This document shows, one piece after another, positions 12,114 through 26,347 of a stretch of 64,000 nucleotides of DNA (positions are counted from its first letter, which is position 1; each line of letters begins with the position of its first letter). The notes beneath the pieces are model-generated. The model did not search any database and was not told the origin of the DNA. It worked only from the letters and a program-made list of their open reading frames with translations. The stretch covers positions 86,800,001 to 86,864,000 of the forward strand of contig NC_082715.1 in assembly GCF_030144855.1 (NCBI RefSeq), read 5' to 3'. Position numbers and translations under genes: made by a program. Origin of the DNA: Hypanus sabinus. Its lineage: Eukaryota.

Positions 12114-15100
12114 ATTCAAGTGCCTCTTTTTTGCCCATTCTTCCAATTTGTCTTAGTCCTGCTGCAATCACATTGCATCCTCAGCATTACCTACCTCCCC
12201 ACCTATCTTCGTATCATCTCAAATTTTACCACAAAGCCATCGATTCCATTATCCAAATCATTGACAAACAATGTGAAATACTGACCATTGAGGGACACCA
12301 TTAGTCACTGTCAGCCAACCAAAAAAGTTTCACTTTAATCCCACTCGTTGCCTCCTGCCTATCATCCATGCCAGTATCTTCCCTGTAACATCATAGGATC
12401 TTATCCTGTTAAGCAGCCTCATGTGTGGCACCTTATGAAATGTCTTCTGAAATCCAAGGAAGTGACATCCACTGCCTCTTTTTTAGTCCACCCAGCTTGT
12501 TACTTCCTTGAAGGACTCTAACAGAAAAGATTTCCCTTTACAGAAACCACGCTGACTCTGACTTAATTTATCATTATCCTCCAAGTACCCCAAAACCCCA
12601 TCCTTAGTAATAGAGTTCAATACTTTCCCAGCCACTGAGGTTAGGCTAACTGGCCTATAATTTCCTTTCTTTTGCCTTCCTCCCTTCTTAAAGAATGGAG
12701 TGACATTTGCAATCTTCCAGTCCTCTGGGACCATGCCAGACTCAAGTGATTCTTGAAAGATCATGACCAATGCATCTGTTGTCTCTTCAGCAACCTCTCT
12801 CAAGATGATTTACCCACCTTAAGACCTTTAAGTTTGCCTAGTAATTTTTCCTTTGTAAAAGCAAAGGTACTCACTCCTGGTCCTAGATATACACGGACCG
12901 CGGGCACACTACTAGTATCTTCCACAGTGAAGTCAGATGCAAAGTACCCATTAAGTTCATTACCTTCAGACCTTTCAGTTTTTCAAGAGCCTTCTGCCTA
13001 GTAATGGCAACCTCACACCCTTCATGATCCCTGACAACTGGATCTTCCTCCATTCTGTCAGTGTCTTCCACAGTGAAGACTAATGCAAAATACTTATACA
13101 GTTTGTCTGCCATTTCCTTGTCTCCCATTACTACTACTCCAGCAATGTTTTCCAGCACTCCGATATTGACACCCTCACTTCTCTTTTGTGCTTCATGTAT
13201 CTGAGGAAACTTTTGGTATCCTCTTTAATACTATTGGCTAGCTTACTTTTGTTTTCTGCCTTTACCTTCTTAATGGCTTTTTGTTGCCTTCTGTTGGTAT
13301 TTGAAACAGTTGTGCCATCTTGCTTTTAGAATACTTCTTCCTCTTTGGGATGTATTTATATCTTGTACCTTCTAAATCGCTTGAGAAATTCCAGCCATTG
13401 CTGCTCTGCCGTCATCCCTACCAGTGTTCTTTTCAAATCAATTAAGTCTAACTCCTCTCTCATGCCTCTGTAATTCCCTTTTCTCCATAATAATACTGAC
13501 ATATCTGATTTTAGCTTCTCCTTCTCAAAATTCAGGGTGAATTCAATCATATTATGATCTCTTGCTGTGAAGGGTTCTTTCACCTTAAGCTCTATAATCA
13601 ATTCTGGTTCATTACACAATACCCAATCCCGGATTAGCTGAAGTCCGAGTAGGATCAAGCACGAGCTACTCTAAAAAGTTATTCGTAGACATTCTAGAAA
13701 TCACTCCTCTTGGAATCCAACACCAACCAGATTTTCCCAATCTACCTGCATATTGAAATCCCCCATGACTATTGTAACGCATCCCTTTTAGCATGCATTT
13801 TTTAATCTCCCGTTGTAGTTTGTAGACCACTTCATTACCACAGTTTTGGGGTAACTCCCATCAGGGTTTTTTTTTACCCCTCCAGTTCCTTAGCTCTATC
13901 TACAATGATTCAACACCTTCCGACTTTATGTCACCTCCTCCTAATGATCTGATTTCATTTTTTACCATCAAAGCAACACTGCTCCCTTTGCCTTTCTGCC
14001 TGTCCTTTTGATACAGTGTGTATCCTTAGACATTAAGCTACCAGCTGGAATCTTCTTTAGCCATGATTCAGTGATGCCTTCATCATCATACATGCCAGTC
14101 TGTAACTGTGCTACAAGTTCGGCTACCTTATTCCATATATTGCATATGTACAAATATAATACCTATAGTTCAAGTCCTGACAAAGGGTTTCGGCCCGAAA
14201 CATCGACAGTTCTTCTTCCTATAGATGCTGCCTGGCCTGCTGTGTTCCACCAGCATTTTGTGTGTGTGGCTTGAATTTCCAGCATCTGCAGATTTCCTTG
14301 AGCTTGCATTTTTAAATTCACTCTTTTCAATTTTGTCCGCCTTTTAAGTCGCAAACACATCCTGTTGACTCTAATTTTTTCCTATCATCAGCCTTCCTCC
14401 TTACTAAAGTCTCACTACACATTACCTCTGTTTGTAAACCAAATACCTCATTTTCAGCACTATTACACCGGTACCCAACCCCTGCCAGATCAGTTTAAAC
14501 CCACCTGAATAACTCCAGCCAATCCGCCTGCAAGGATATTGTACCACTTCGGGTTCAGGTGTAACCCATCACTTTTGTACAGATCACACCTTCCCCAGAA
14601 GAGATTCCAATGATCCATAAATTTGAATTCCTGCCCCCTGCACCGGTTCCTCAGCCATTTGCAAAGTCATCCTATTCTTACCCTCACTGGCACGTGCACA
14701 GGCAACCATCCAGAGATTACTATCCTGGAGGTCCTGCTTCTCAACTTTCTACCTAGTTCTCTAAAATCTCTCTTCAAGACCTCCTTATGCTGACTACAGT
14801 ACCAATGTCATTGTTGCCAGTATATATCAAGACTTCTGGCTGCTCATCCTCGCCCTTGAGATTGCCATGGACCTGATCTGTGCATTTTCCCTCCTTCTCC
14901 TGACAGTCACCCAGTTACCTGTCTACGGCAACCTAAGGTGTCTACCTCCCTGCAGCTCTTGTCTATCATCTCCTCATTCTCCCATATGAGTCAAAGGTCA
15001 TCAAACTGCAGTTTCACTTCCTTAACATTTTCTCTCAGGAGCTGCAGCTCGATGTATTTGGTGCAGATGTATTTACCTGGAAGACTAGAGGTCTCCCAGA

Positions 15101-15790
15101 CTGTCCACATCCCACACACAGTACAACATACTGCCCTGGAGCCATTCTCACTAATCTACCATGAGGAATGAACAAATGAGGGGGAGAGGCGATGGGGGGG
15201 TAGGTAGATGGGGTGGAGAGGGGTGCAGAGGGAGGAGAAGGAGGGGTGGAGGAGGCAGGAGGAGGGAGAGGGAGATGGAGCAAATTAATGATTTACCTCA
15301 TCCAAACCTGATTTTGCCTGAGCCTGATGAACCAAAGCAGCTCTAAACAAGGCACATTCAATATAATGGCCACTCCAGAAATGACATACATACTTTATTG
15401 ATCCTGAGGGAATGACTGCCCCACTTGCACCTAACGAATCCCTCTTGCTGATTGGTCACTCCTCAACTCAGAGAAACTGCCACAAAACTCTGTCTTTGAA
15501 ATCTCGATCACCCTCCTGTTTAAAACATAGCTCTTTTCACGCAACCCTGATGTAGATTGGCCAACTCAGGTAAAAATGGCACAAAGCCCTGCTGTTAAAT
15601 CTTGAATGTGGATCTCACTGAAAGGTACATATCTCTTTTTATGTACTGCCTCTTGCTGATTGGTTACTCCGCAACTCAGAGAAACAGCTGCGAAACTCTG
15701 CCTCTGAAATCTCAATCACCCTCCTTATTAAAAAGAAGCTCTTTTTACACAGCTCTATTGTGGATTGTTGACTTGACTCTCCCATCTTTT
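12114..15790 (-). mobile_element. Near-full-length decayed CR1 (5'UTR repeats, ORF1 Zn-finger/esterase, APE endonuclease, partial RT)
   Basis: VLCVGC near 15100; GITESW and DHNMIEF (EN); PEDWKIANVTPFFKKG..NYRPVSLTS (RT). Confidence 0.85.
14174..14300 (+). mobile_element. Short Penelope-derived monomer starting with a minimal hammerhead motif, inserted in CR1
   Basis: gtc-ctgacaa-agggtttcggccc-gaaa-catc-gac followed by 'atagatgctgcctggcctgctg'. Confidence 0.75.
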
Positions 15791-17303
15791 TTCATCTTTG
15801 AACCCTTCATTCCCACTCATACCTATGCAAGTCCAACCTCCCTTTAAATATATCTTTACTATTCACTTCTCCACGTCCTGTAGTTCATATTCTCACTATT
15901 CTTGGAGTAAGGCTTATCTCAATTCCCCACAGTTTTTCTCATGACTTTTGTATATTAATGTTCTCTAGCTGTGCTCTTCTCCAGACATGAAATATTCTCT
16001 GCATCCAGTTCATCAAAACCTTTTATTGTTTGAAAGACCACTTAGGCGTTCCTTCTCAAGAGAAAAGTGAGTTTGCCTGTTCATCTTTTCCGAATTTGAT
16101 GATTCTCATGCAGAAAGTGTGTTTTTCCAAGCTTTCTGTCCATTGCAGTTCAACTTTGCAATCTAGAATAGGATAGATGATTAGATTCTTCAGCCAAAGA
16201 GCTTCATTGAGTTTGTGTCTTATACTTTCTACAAGAACAATCAATACTCTTACCAGTACTAGAAGTCCCTTTTCTCCTTTCAAATCTCAAACTTAACCAA
16301 CTGTTACTGTGTACAAAATGCTCCTCAGTCAACTTGTGTCTTGAATTGAGGAAATCTTCCTCTGATCACAGTTTGAATCATCACAAACTTTGTCCTTATG
16401 TTCAGACCCCAACTCTGTCCATATTGGTCTCTGCTGTGGGTACATGATTCACCATGTGATTGGTCCCAATAGGCCACCTGACTATTGTTCTTCCAGAATA
16501 TGATTACTGGATACATTCCCTGTACCATATTTCTTCATTATTATCTTGGTAATGCAGGACTGAGCTGTTAATTTTTCTTGAAAATGTTCTCTTCAATAAG
16601 TCCATGAACCTGCTTTGTCAATGTAAACTGTCTTCTGGCACATCTCTCAGTTAGATTTTCTAATAATCATGAACTGTAAATGTATTCTTTGATTTGTGAA
16701 TGTTTGACTTTTGAATTTTTTTAAAATTATAAATCCTTAGTCTTTTGGGCACATATCCTCCACTTACTAATGTATCCTTCACCAGAACAAATAGACACTC
16801 CTCTCCATCCACAGAAACACCTTATAAAACTACAGACAAAATACATTCACACATATTTTCAATTTTATTTTATGTTCTTCAGACAAATTCCAGAAATGCA
16901 ATCTTTTCGTAAATTAATTATGTTGTAGTACAGTCTAATTTAAGCTTGATGTAGACTTCAAAGCTTATCTTTCTGAAAATAAATATTGATGCCTGGTTAG
17001 CTTGATTTTAGGGCCTGGGTAATCAGTGCAGCAATTTTCACCAAAAGATGAAATTGTACTCTAAAAACTTTTTGTTCTTTTGTACCACCTATACTCACAA
17101 CCTTTAAAAATTAAACAACTTTCTTCTTCGCCCTATTGAAACAGGCTATCTCAAACTAATCTGTGGCGGACTTTATTTGACAATGATTTATCATGTTGTA
17201 TGTCTATTAATATCCTCCTGTAATAGAGTTCTCCTCTAATACTGTTCCTTTCTATTTTTGCTGAGCTTACTAGTAGTTCCACCTTAAATCTAATAATTTC
17301 ATG

Positions 17304-17560
17304 CAGGTGGGGCTCATCAGCTGTAGTTGGCAGCTTACATCAGGGAAGGAAATCTCCAAGCTTGACTCCCCACAGCCTTGCTGTTATACCCACTCACAGG
17401 GAAAGCTTCAGGAGTAAACCCCAAGTTAAAATCTGGAGGTGGAGTCCTCCAAGGCTCTGTTGAGTTTAACACTGACTGGCAACACCTGCAATGCCACTGG
17501 TGCCAAACTGTATCACTAGTTTCTTTGTCTAACATGATCGGTAACTTGAAAAGCGAAGTC
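17304..17560 (+). mobile_element. RTE-associated 5'UTR/SINE-like fragment
   Basis: Reverse-complement similar to 61460-61690 ('caggtggggctc', 'ggagtaaacccc'). Confidence 0.6.
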
Positions 17561-18104
17561 ATTTAGGGGCACAAAAGCACAAGGCAGAATACTTCAAAAA
17601 GTGTTGAACTGTCTTCCAAATGCATAGAAATGATTGTGCTTTATCAAAGCACTGTTCTATATTGAAACCCATTGTTCTGAAAAATAACAAGCAAATAATA
17701 GTGTTCACTCACAGAAACCACATGTAGCTTTTCAACAGCTCATAAAAGAAATCACAAAATGGTTCAGAATCTTAGAACAAATAATTTCCTTAATCGTCCT
17801 TTTAGCTTGTTTTTGAATTAGATGTTACACATGTCCAAATCTAATAAATGCACACAGAAACTATCTCAATGTAGAGATATATTGACAATATTCTCAATAG
17901 TATTCAAAATAGGAGGAATTAGACATCCCTGGAAAATTCATATTGAAAATGCAACTAATGAAGGCTGACTTAAAAGAGAACATAAGCTCCTACTTAACAA
18001 TGATGATTCCACTGCTCAGAGCCACTGTTACATATTCAGGCTGAACTTTGATGAGTTGCGAGCACCAACTGAAGGTAGGGTGTGCTGCGGAATCCATGCC
18101 AGAG

Positions 18105-18720
18105 ACTGCAAATAGGAAAAAAATCTGCAGATGCTGGAAATCTGAGCAACACACACATAATGTGGAGGAACTCAGAAGGTCAGGCAGCATCTGTGGAAAA
18201 AAAACTGGTTCAAAGTTCAAAGTAAATTTATTATTGAAGTATATATATGTCAAAATACTGTATGAATACTAAACTGAGATTCTCTTTTTCCAGGCATTCC
18301 TGCAGAACAAAGAATACAATGGAATCAGTGAAAAACTACATCCAAACTAAGACTGACAAACAGCCAATGTGCAAAAGAAGACAAACTGTGCAAATACAAA
18401 AAAAAACTAATAATAATAGTAATAATAATAATGAAGTAAGTAAATAATATTGAGAACATGAATTGTAGTGTCCTTGAAAATGAGTCCATAGGTTATAGTT
18501 AGTGCGATTAACCACATTGGTCCAGGAGCATGATGGTTAAAGGATAATAACTGTTTCTGAACCTGGTGTTGTGGGACCAACTGCTCCAGTAGGTCCTTCC
18601 CGATGGTAGCAGTGATAAGAGAGTGTAACCAGTATGGTGGGGGACCTTGCTTTCTTGTGACGGTGCTCAATGATGGAGATGTCCTTTCCTGTGTTGGTTT
18701 GAGATACTTTCTGCAGATCT
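18105..18720 (-). mobile_element. Penelope-like terminus followed by Rex/Babar 3' end with (AAT)n
   Basis: 'ctcagaaggtcaggcagcatct'; 'ttcaaagttcaaagtaaatttatt' tail. Confidence 0.7.
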
Positions 18721-19004
18721 TTCTGTTCTTAGATAGTTGGGGAGTTTTCTCAAAACATACAGCATATATAAAGAACTTAAGGGTACAGTAGATGCTGAAA
18801 GAATATATCCATTCATGTAAGATTCTATATCTAAATAGCTTAGCTTTAACATGAGGCATACCTATTTAAAATAGAAAACAAAATTTCTCAGAGGTTTGCA
18901 AATCTGTCAAAATCTCTATCTCAAAGAACTGCAGATGTCAAGATAATATTTGGTCTTTGGAGGAGTCAAGGTTTTTGGGGTTAAGTTGAAGTTGAGGGAG
19001 CATA

Positions 19005-19690
19005 GACCAGTCCTAATTGAGGGATCAGCAGTGCAGAGGGTGAACAGTTTCAAGTTCTTTGGTGTCAGCATCTTTGAAGATCTATCCTGGGTCTAACATA
19101 TTGATACAATTACAAAGAAGGTATGACAGCAACTATGTTCCATTAGGAGTTTGAGGTTACTTGGTATGCCACCAAAACCTCTCACAAATTTCTGCAGTTG
19201 TATTATGGAGTTTTCTAACTGGATGCATCATCATCTTGTATGAAGAGGCCACTACACAGGATCAGAAAAAGCTTTAGGAAGTTGTAAACTTAGCCAGCTC
19301 CATCATGGGCACTAGCCTCCCCAGCACTGAGGACATCTTGAAAATGCCATGCCTCAAGAGGTTGGTATTCACCATTAAGGAACACTATCACCCAGGACAT
19401 GCCCTCTTCTCATTGCTATCATCAAGGAGAAGGTAAGGAGCCTAAACATACACAATCAACACCTCAGACACAGCTTCTTCTCCTCCACCATCAGATTTCT
19501 GAAAGGACAATAAACCATGAACACTACCTCAGTGTTCCTTTGCTCTCATTTTGCACTACTTAATTTAATTTTATATACATTTATTATAAGTTATAGGTTT
19601 TTAAAAAATATGTACTGCTGCTGCCAAACAACCAATTTCACAGCATATGACAGTGCTAATAAACCTGATTCTGATTCTGATTCTGATGTC
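19005..19690 (+). mobile_element. Rex1/Babar LINE 3' end
   Basis: FKFFGVSIFEDLSW and HPGHALFSLLSSRR motifs; AATAAA + (ctgatt)n tail. Confidence 0.85.
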
Positions 19691-20454
19691 TTGAAAAGTG
19701 CAGCCATGATCTTCCTGAGTGTCATTGAGAAGTTTACTAGCTTTCTTGCATCAATGCGAGAAGTCACTCCAAAAGAAAACTAGATAGGTTACGACATGCT
19801 ACATTATGGTAAGACAGAGAATGGGTACCCTAATTTTCACTTGTGCCTCTGGTAACCTTTGACAAGAGGGGAGTGAAGGGGAGAAGTCTACTACACGCAT
19901 CATGAAGCAGAAGTGGCAGCAGGTAAACTTATGGGTTTATTGCCAGAAGCTGTATACCAATGAAATGGATGAGAAGATTTATATCAGATTGTCAAAGAGG
20001 ATATGAGTAAATCTTATTGCCCACTCCATCTTCCATCTTTTAGTCAAGAACTATCTATATTAACCATGAGTCCTTCCTAATGTCTATGTATCTCCACAGA
20101 CTTGCATATACTTAAAAGAAATCTGATATTCACAACTGCATCACACAACCCCTATTCCTTCCTCCATGATAGCTGCCATATCCAAACACAGTGCAACCAA
20201 ACCTGTCATCACATTTACCTCCCTCTTACAGGAGAAAGTGCATAAAAGGATACGTTATACGATAACCAGCAGCTTTGACGGAACAGTGAAAAGAAGATAT
20301 TGAGCCAGGAACTCAGGAATATCTCGTCAAGATTGAATGTCAGTGAGGTTCAACAAGAGTGAGTAATATCTGAATACAAGTTATGAGTTTTGGAAGTTGA
20401 GAATGTAAACTAAAGAATTATATATTTAGATATAAGTGTTGTGAAACTAAAGAA

Positions 20455-20622
20455 CTAAATGGTTTTCTCCAAGAGTTCACAAATTTACCAGTTAGTAGAT
20501 TAACTTGTCATTGTAAACTGCCCTGTGTTTAAGCTAGGTTTAATTCATGGGTTGCTGAGCAATATGACTTAGGGTTGGAAGAGCCTATTTTGCACTGTAT
20601 TTCAATAAAATAAATAAATAAT
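20455..20622 (+). mobile_element. V-SINE/HE1-like 3' fragment
   Basis: 'gttagtagattaacttgtcattgtaaactgccc' and (aaat)n tail. Confidence 0.5.
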
Positions 20623-20794
20623 CAAAGTATATGTATGTCACAATATACTTCCTGTGATCCATTTTCTTGCAGGTATTCACAGTAGAACAAAGAAATATAC
20701 TAGAATCAGTGAAAAATTACACACAAAGACTGATAAACAACCAATGTGCAAAAGAAGACAAACTTCAAATACCAATGATAATAATATAAAAATA

Positions 20795-23050
20795 ACTTAA
20801 TCCCTATAGACATATTAAAACAAATAAAACATGAAGTTGAACAAGAGCTAGAAAGAAACCAATGTAAAGACCACAACAAAATAATGAAGATGCTACTCAT
20901 TGATGCACTGATGAAAATACAATTATTTCAACTGCTTCACAATGGGATGTTAACAGCAATGACAGAGTTCCAGAGACTCCGCAGAATGCTGATGATGAAG
21001 CTGAGCTTACAGACTAAATTTTTTGAATATTTAACATTTCACTAACAGAATATATGGGCATTGACCTAACAAAAAGGCCCTACGTACCAAAGCAAAATCA
21101 TCATCTAAATTTGCAAAACTATCATCAATATTATATTACCACAACACTTAAGAAAACTTGAAACAATTGAAGAACTACACACAATGGAGCTTAGAAAAAT
21201 AGAGCACGATGGGCAACCCTAGGTAATTTCTAAATTAAGTACTTGTTCAGCACAACTTTGTGGGCCGAAGGGCCTGTATTGTGCTGTAGGTTTTCTATGT
21301 TTCTATGTTACAATACTATACAGTACAGTGTTAACAGCAGTGTAATGCAAAAGCTCCAAAATTGAGGCACGTATTAATAGAAACCCAAAACTGAGTATTG
21401 AAATGAGAACACTGAAATGTCAGAAAAGATTTTTAAAAAATCAAAATTGAAACCTTAAGAGCTGAAATAGTATGCTTCATGGAGTACTCAAAGGATGACC
21501 CGGGCAAGAAGGTTAAGAGAAAAGCTAAGGAAATACCAAAGAAATATAAGGTCCATTCAAGATATGATCAGCCTAACAAAAACATGGTAGAGTTTATAAA
21601 TATATTAAAACAAAAGCTTAGTGCATAGAAAGCCAGACAAAATAGATACATGAAATGCGGATAAAGAAAACAGAATTATCAGGTTAGGAACAATTTTAAA
21701 AGTTTATATAGGACATTGAAACTAAATTCACACACCAAAATGTCAGCAACCCCAGCACAGAATTACCTGCAAACACATAGATAATGAACTTTTGGTCTAA
21801 TAGCTGGTCAAACATGGTGACCCACAATCAAGAAGTAAACTGGATTATGGAGGAAAAAGACTGAAGAAATGCAAATACCTGAAGTTACAACAGATATGCT
21901 GAAAAGGGTTATAAAATAATACCCTCAACTGGAAAAGTATGGGAAGTGATAATATTCATAATTACTGGTATAAAAATTAATTTGCATTCATCTGGACCTA
22001 TTATTACATATCAACATATTGCCTGAATGTTTGACAGAAAGTAAAACATATCTTTTACCTAAAGAGGAAATCACAAAAGATCCATAAAAGTATTGTCCTA
22101 TTACTTGCTTACAAACTATATATAACATTGTAACATGATGCATCTTTCAACCAATCACTACTCACTTTGATAACTACAATATACTTACAGAAGAGGAGAA
22201 AGGATGCTAGAAAGTATGGAAGGGTGTAAAGAACAACTGATAATAGATTCCGTTATTCTAAATCTAGCCCTGAGGAAAAGCATAAATTGTTCATGTTGCA
22301 ATATTGACTATCAAAAGGCATTTGACTCCATCCCATACTCATGGTTAATAGAAGTTCTTCATATATATAAACTATACCCAATACTCGTGGATTTCCTGCA
22401 ACATCTGATGAGGCATTGGCATACTGTAATCACCCTATCTATTAACAACAAAAAGAAACAACCACCATTATCAAAATAAACTGAGGCATTTTCCAAGGCA
22501 ACTCTCTTAGTACACTGTGGTTCTGTCCAGCGTTAAACCCACTCTCCAATTTACTGAATTGGACAAAAACTAGGTACCAAATCAGAAACAATGATTTATG
22601 GGTACCAAGAAATCTGGGTACCAAATCAAGGGATGATTTGAAATTACATGCTCCTTCGTTAGCTAAGCTAGAGCAATTAATTCTAAGAGTAGAACTATTT
22701 TCAAATAATATAAACATGAACTTTGGACTGGATAAATGTAGAACATTAAACATAAAGAAAGGTGCAATAGAGCAAAACGAATACAAAACAGAGCAGCAGG
22801 TTACAATACAACCGATGGATGAATATGAAACACTTTGATATCTGGGATATCAACAAGGACAGAAAATAGATCATAGCATGATAAGGGAAAAACTTTTGAC
22901 TGAATTTACTTCTGCCAACAGAGCTTAACAGTAATAACTATAACAAAGGCAATAAACACTTTCACTGTATCTACATTAATGTATTCTGTTGGCATAAAAT
23001 CTTGGCCTGAAACTGGTCTTGAAATTTACAAAGAAAAATTAGAACTTAAA
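20795..23050 (+). mobile_element. R4/Dong-clade non-LTR retrotransposon, decayed; CR1 3' end inserted at ~21185-21308
   Basis: NWKSMGSDNIHNYWYK, YCPITCLQTIY, GCKEQLIIDS, IDYQKAFDSIPYSWL, GIFQGNSLSTLWFC, DDLKL, MNFGLDKC, YLGY. Confidence 0.82.
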
Positions 23051-23264
23051 TGTGGGAGAGGGGGTGGGGTTGTCACCTTGCTGCTGTTTTTGTGTGGGAG
23101 GGAAAGTTGGGGGGGGGGGAGACTTTGAGGTTCTAACCTTTAAATGTCATTCATTTTTTGGGGCACTCCTCTGATTTTATGAATTTTTACAAAGAAAAAG
23201 AATTTTAGAATGTACATTGTAGATATTTCTCTGACTTTAAATGTACCAGTTGAAACCTATTGAA

Positions 23265-24780
23265 AATGTCCATTTAAGATCTCTCCCATCTCTTTTAGTT
23301 CCACATATGGATTGCCATTCTGATCTTCCAGAAGCTTAATTTGGTCCTTTGCAATCCTTTGCAATAAACTCATCTGTAGCTCTTTGGATTCTCCTTCACC
23401 TTGTCTGCTAGAGCAACCTCATGCATTCATTTCGCCCTCCTGATTTCTTTCTTGTGTTCTCTTGCATTTTTTTATACTCAAGTACTTCATTTGTTTCTAC
23501 CTACCTAAACCTGCTATGCACCTCCTTTTTTTCTTATGTAGAGCCTCAATCTATCTCAAAACCAAAGCTCCCTAAACCTGTCATCCTTATCTTCTATTCT
23601 AACAGTCACATACAAGATTTCTGCTCTCAAAATTTCACCTTTGAAGGCCTCCTACTTACCAAGTACACCTTTGCCAGAAAACAGCCTGAATCAGTCCACA
23701 CTTGTCAGATTCTTTCTGATACCATTAATATTGGCCTGCAGACCTGACCTATCCTTTTGCATAATTACCTCAAAATTCATGGGTTATGATCATTAGATGC
23801 AAAGTGTCTCCCTGCACAAACTTCTGTCACCTGCCTTGTCACATTCCCTAATAGCAGATCAAGCAATACACACTCTCTCATTGGAACTTCTCAGTACCGA
23901 TTAGAGAAACTTCCATATCTATTACTTTTACAGCATGGGAGTATCAATCAATATGTGGAAAGTTGAAATCTCCTACTATAACAACCATATGTTTATGCAA
24001 CAATCTGTGATCGCTCTAAAAAGGTGTTCTTCTAAATCTCACAGACTGTTGAGTGATATGTATCATACCCCACTAATGTGATCATACTTTTGTTATTCCT
24101 CAATTCCACCCATAAAGCCTCACTCGTCAAGTTCACCAGTCTGTCCTGACTGAACACTGCTGTGACCTTTTCCCCTGACTGGTAAAGCCAATCGTCCCCC
24201 TTTAATCTCTCCTGCTCTATCACATCTTAAACCACAGAACCCTGGAATATTAAGCTGCCAGTCCAGCCCTGCCTGAAACCAAGTCTCACTGATGGATACA
24301 ATATCATAATTCCATGTGTTGATCCATGCCCTGAGCTCATCTGCCTTTCTGACAATAGCTCTTGCATTGAAGCAGATAAAACGCAGAACAATAGTCCAGC
24401 CATCTCAACCTCTTGATTCCTAATTCTGTCTGAGGTCTTAACAACATCTATCTTCATAGCAATCCATGGATTGCTTTGGCACTCTGGTTCCTTACCCCTC
24501 GCAACTCTAATTTAATCTCCACATGCAAACTAGCAAACCTTCCCACTAAGATATTCATCTCCCTCCTGTTTAGGTATAAACTATGTCTTCTGTACAGATC
24601 CCAACTTCCCTTGAGGAGAGCTAAAACATTCCAAAAATCTGAAGCCATTCCTCCTATGAAGCTCATTAGCCATGTGCTCAACTAAATGATCTTCCTATTT
24701 CTGGCCTCATGAATATGTGGTATGGGTAGCATTCCTGTAATAACAACCCTGGATGCCCCGTCCTTGAGCTGTCCTGCTAT
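23265..24780 (-). mobile_element. CR1 ORF1-esterase/endonuclease region, decayed
   Basis: WDLYRRHSLYLN (SGNH DxxH region); SEALWVELRNNK; GDFNF. Confidence 0.8.
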
Positions 24781-24789
24781 GAGACCGCA

Positions 24790-25960
24790 ACTTTGCCTCC
24801 AACTTCCACACTGCCCATAAGTTCACTTCAGCGATTTCTGATATATCTTTTCCCTTTCTTGATAAATTCTTAGTTTTCTGCTGCATCATATGATTTGGCT
24901 TTCCTTTCCAGGACATCAGAAATGTCCTCCTCCTTCAAAGAATGTGGTTTTCCTTCTTCCACCATTGATGCAGTCCTCACATGCATCTCCTCCATTTCCT
25001 GGACATCTGGGCCCTCTCCATCTTCCTGCCACCTTAACATGGAGAGTTTCTCTTGCCCTCACCTACTATCCCATCAGTCTTCATATCAAACACATCATTC
25101 TCCACAACTTATGCCATCTTCAACAGGCCACTACCACCAAACACATCTTTACCTCCCCCCTCTTCATTTTCCACAAGAGATTGCTCCCTCCATGACTCCT
25201 TTATTCCTTCCTGCTAATCCCCCTCCTGACCCTTATCCCTGCCAGCAGGCTAAGTGCTACTCCTTCTCATTCACTTCCTCCCTCACCTCCATTCTGCACA
25301 ATTCACCTGCAAATCTACTAGATCCAATGGTTCTGAGGCAGCCTTTTCTATAATGGTGAGATCCGACGTGGATTAAGGGACTACTTTATTGAGCACCTCC
25401 ACTCCATCTGCATAAAGCAGGATTTCTCAGTGGTCAACCACTTTAATTTCCATCCCCATCCCCCTTCTGACATATTGGTCCATGGTATCCTCTTTGCCAT
25501 GACACAACAACTCCCAGTTTAGAGGAGTAACACTTCATTTTCCATTTAGGTAGTCTCCAACCAAATGGCATGAGCATTGATTTCTCTAACTTCCAGTATT
25601 ATTTTTTCCTTGTCCCTTCCCTCTTCTTTAATTCTCCATTCTGGTCTCTTACCTCTTCACTACCCATCACCTTTCCCTGGTGTACCTCCTCCATCCCTTT
25701 CTCTCATGGTCCACTCTCCTTTCCTATCAGATTCCTTCTTCTCCACCTTACCTTTTCCACCTATTAACTCTGAGCTACTTATGTACTCCCCCCGTCACCT
25801 GGCTTTACTGGTCTCCTTCAATATTGTACTCCTTTCCCTCCCCCCACATTTTTTTTCTATCCAAGGTCTCAGTCTGAACTGTCAAATGTATATTAATTTC
25901 CACAGATGCTGCCTGACTTGTTGTGTTCCTCCAGCATTTTGTTGATGTTGCTCAAGATTC
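24790..25960 (+). mobile_element. Penelope-like element 3' portion (RT end, GIY-YIG remnant, pyrimidine-rich terminal repeat)
   Basis: AFLSRTSEMSSSFKECGFPSSTID, LALTYYP, YPCQQAKCY; terminal 'agatgctgcctgac'. Confidence 0.8.
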
Positions 25961-26347
25961 ATTTCCTTCTTTAACTATTCTCTGCTGATTGCACATATGT
26001 TAACAAATGTCACGAAGCATGCCCCTGATAGTAAACCTGTTTCTGATTCTGATCTACATCCTTCACTTGCCAATTTGGACTGTACCCTTTCTACATCTTG
26101 TTCTCTTCCCTGGAAAACCAATTATGAGAATTCTATTTCATTTAATCATTGCAATTGAAATTAAAAACTTGTCAGATAGGTAACACAATGCTCTAGACTT
26201 TCCAGGTGGATGAAAGAACTCCCTAGCATTTAATTCATCATCTTCTCTTTTAATTTTGTACTTCAGTAAGAACACCTCAGAATTGGAATCAGAATCATTT
26301 TTATTATCATTGATATATGCCATTAAAATATGTTACAATTTAATATA

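Noticed and set aside
16056-16528. Two minus-strand short ORFs as a host gene
   Set aside because: No recognisable motif in any frame; probably old decayed repeat or unique non-coding DNA.
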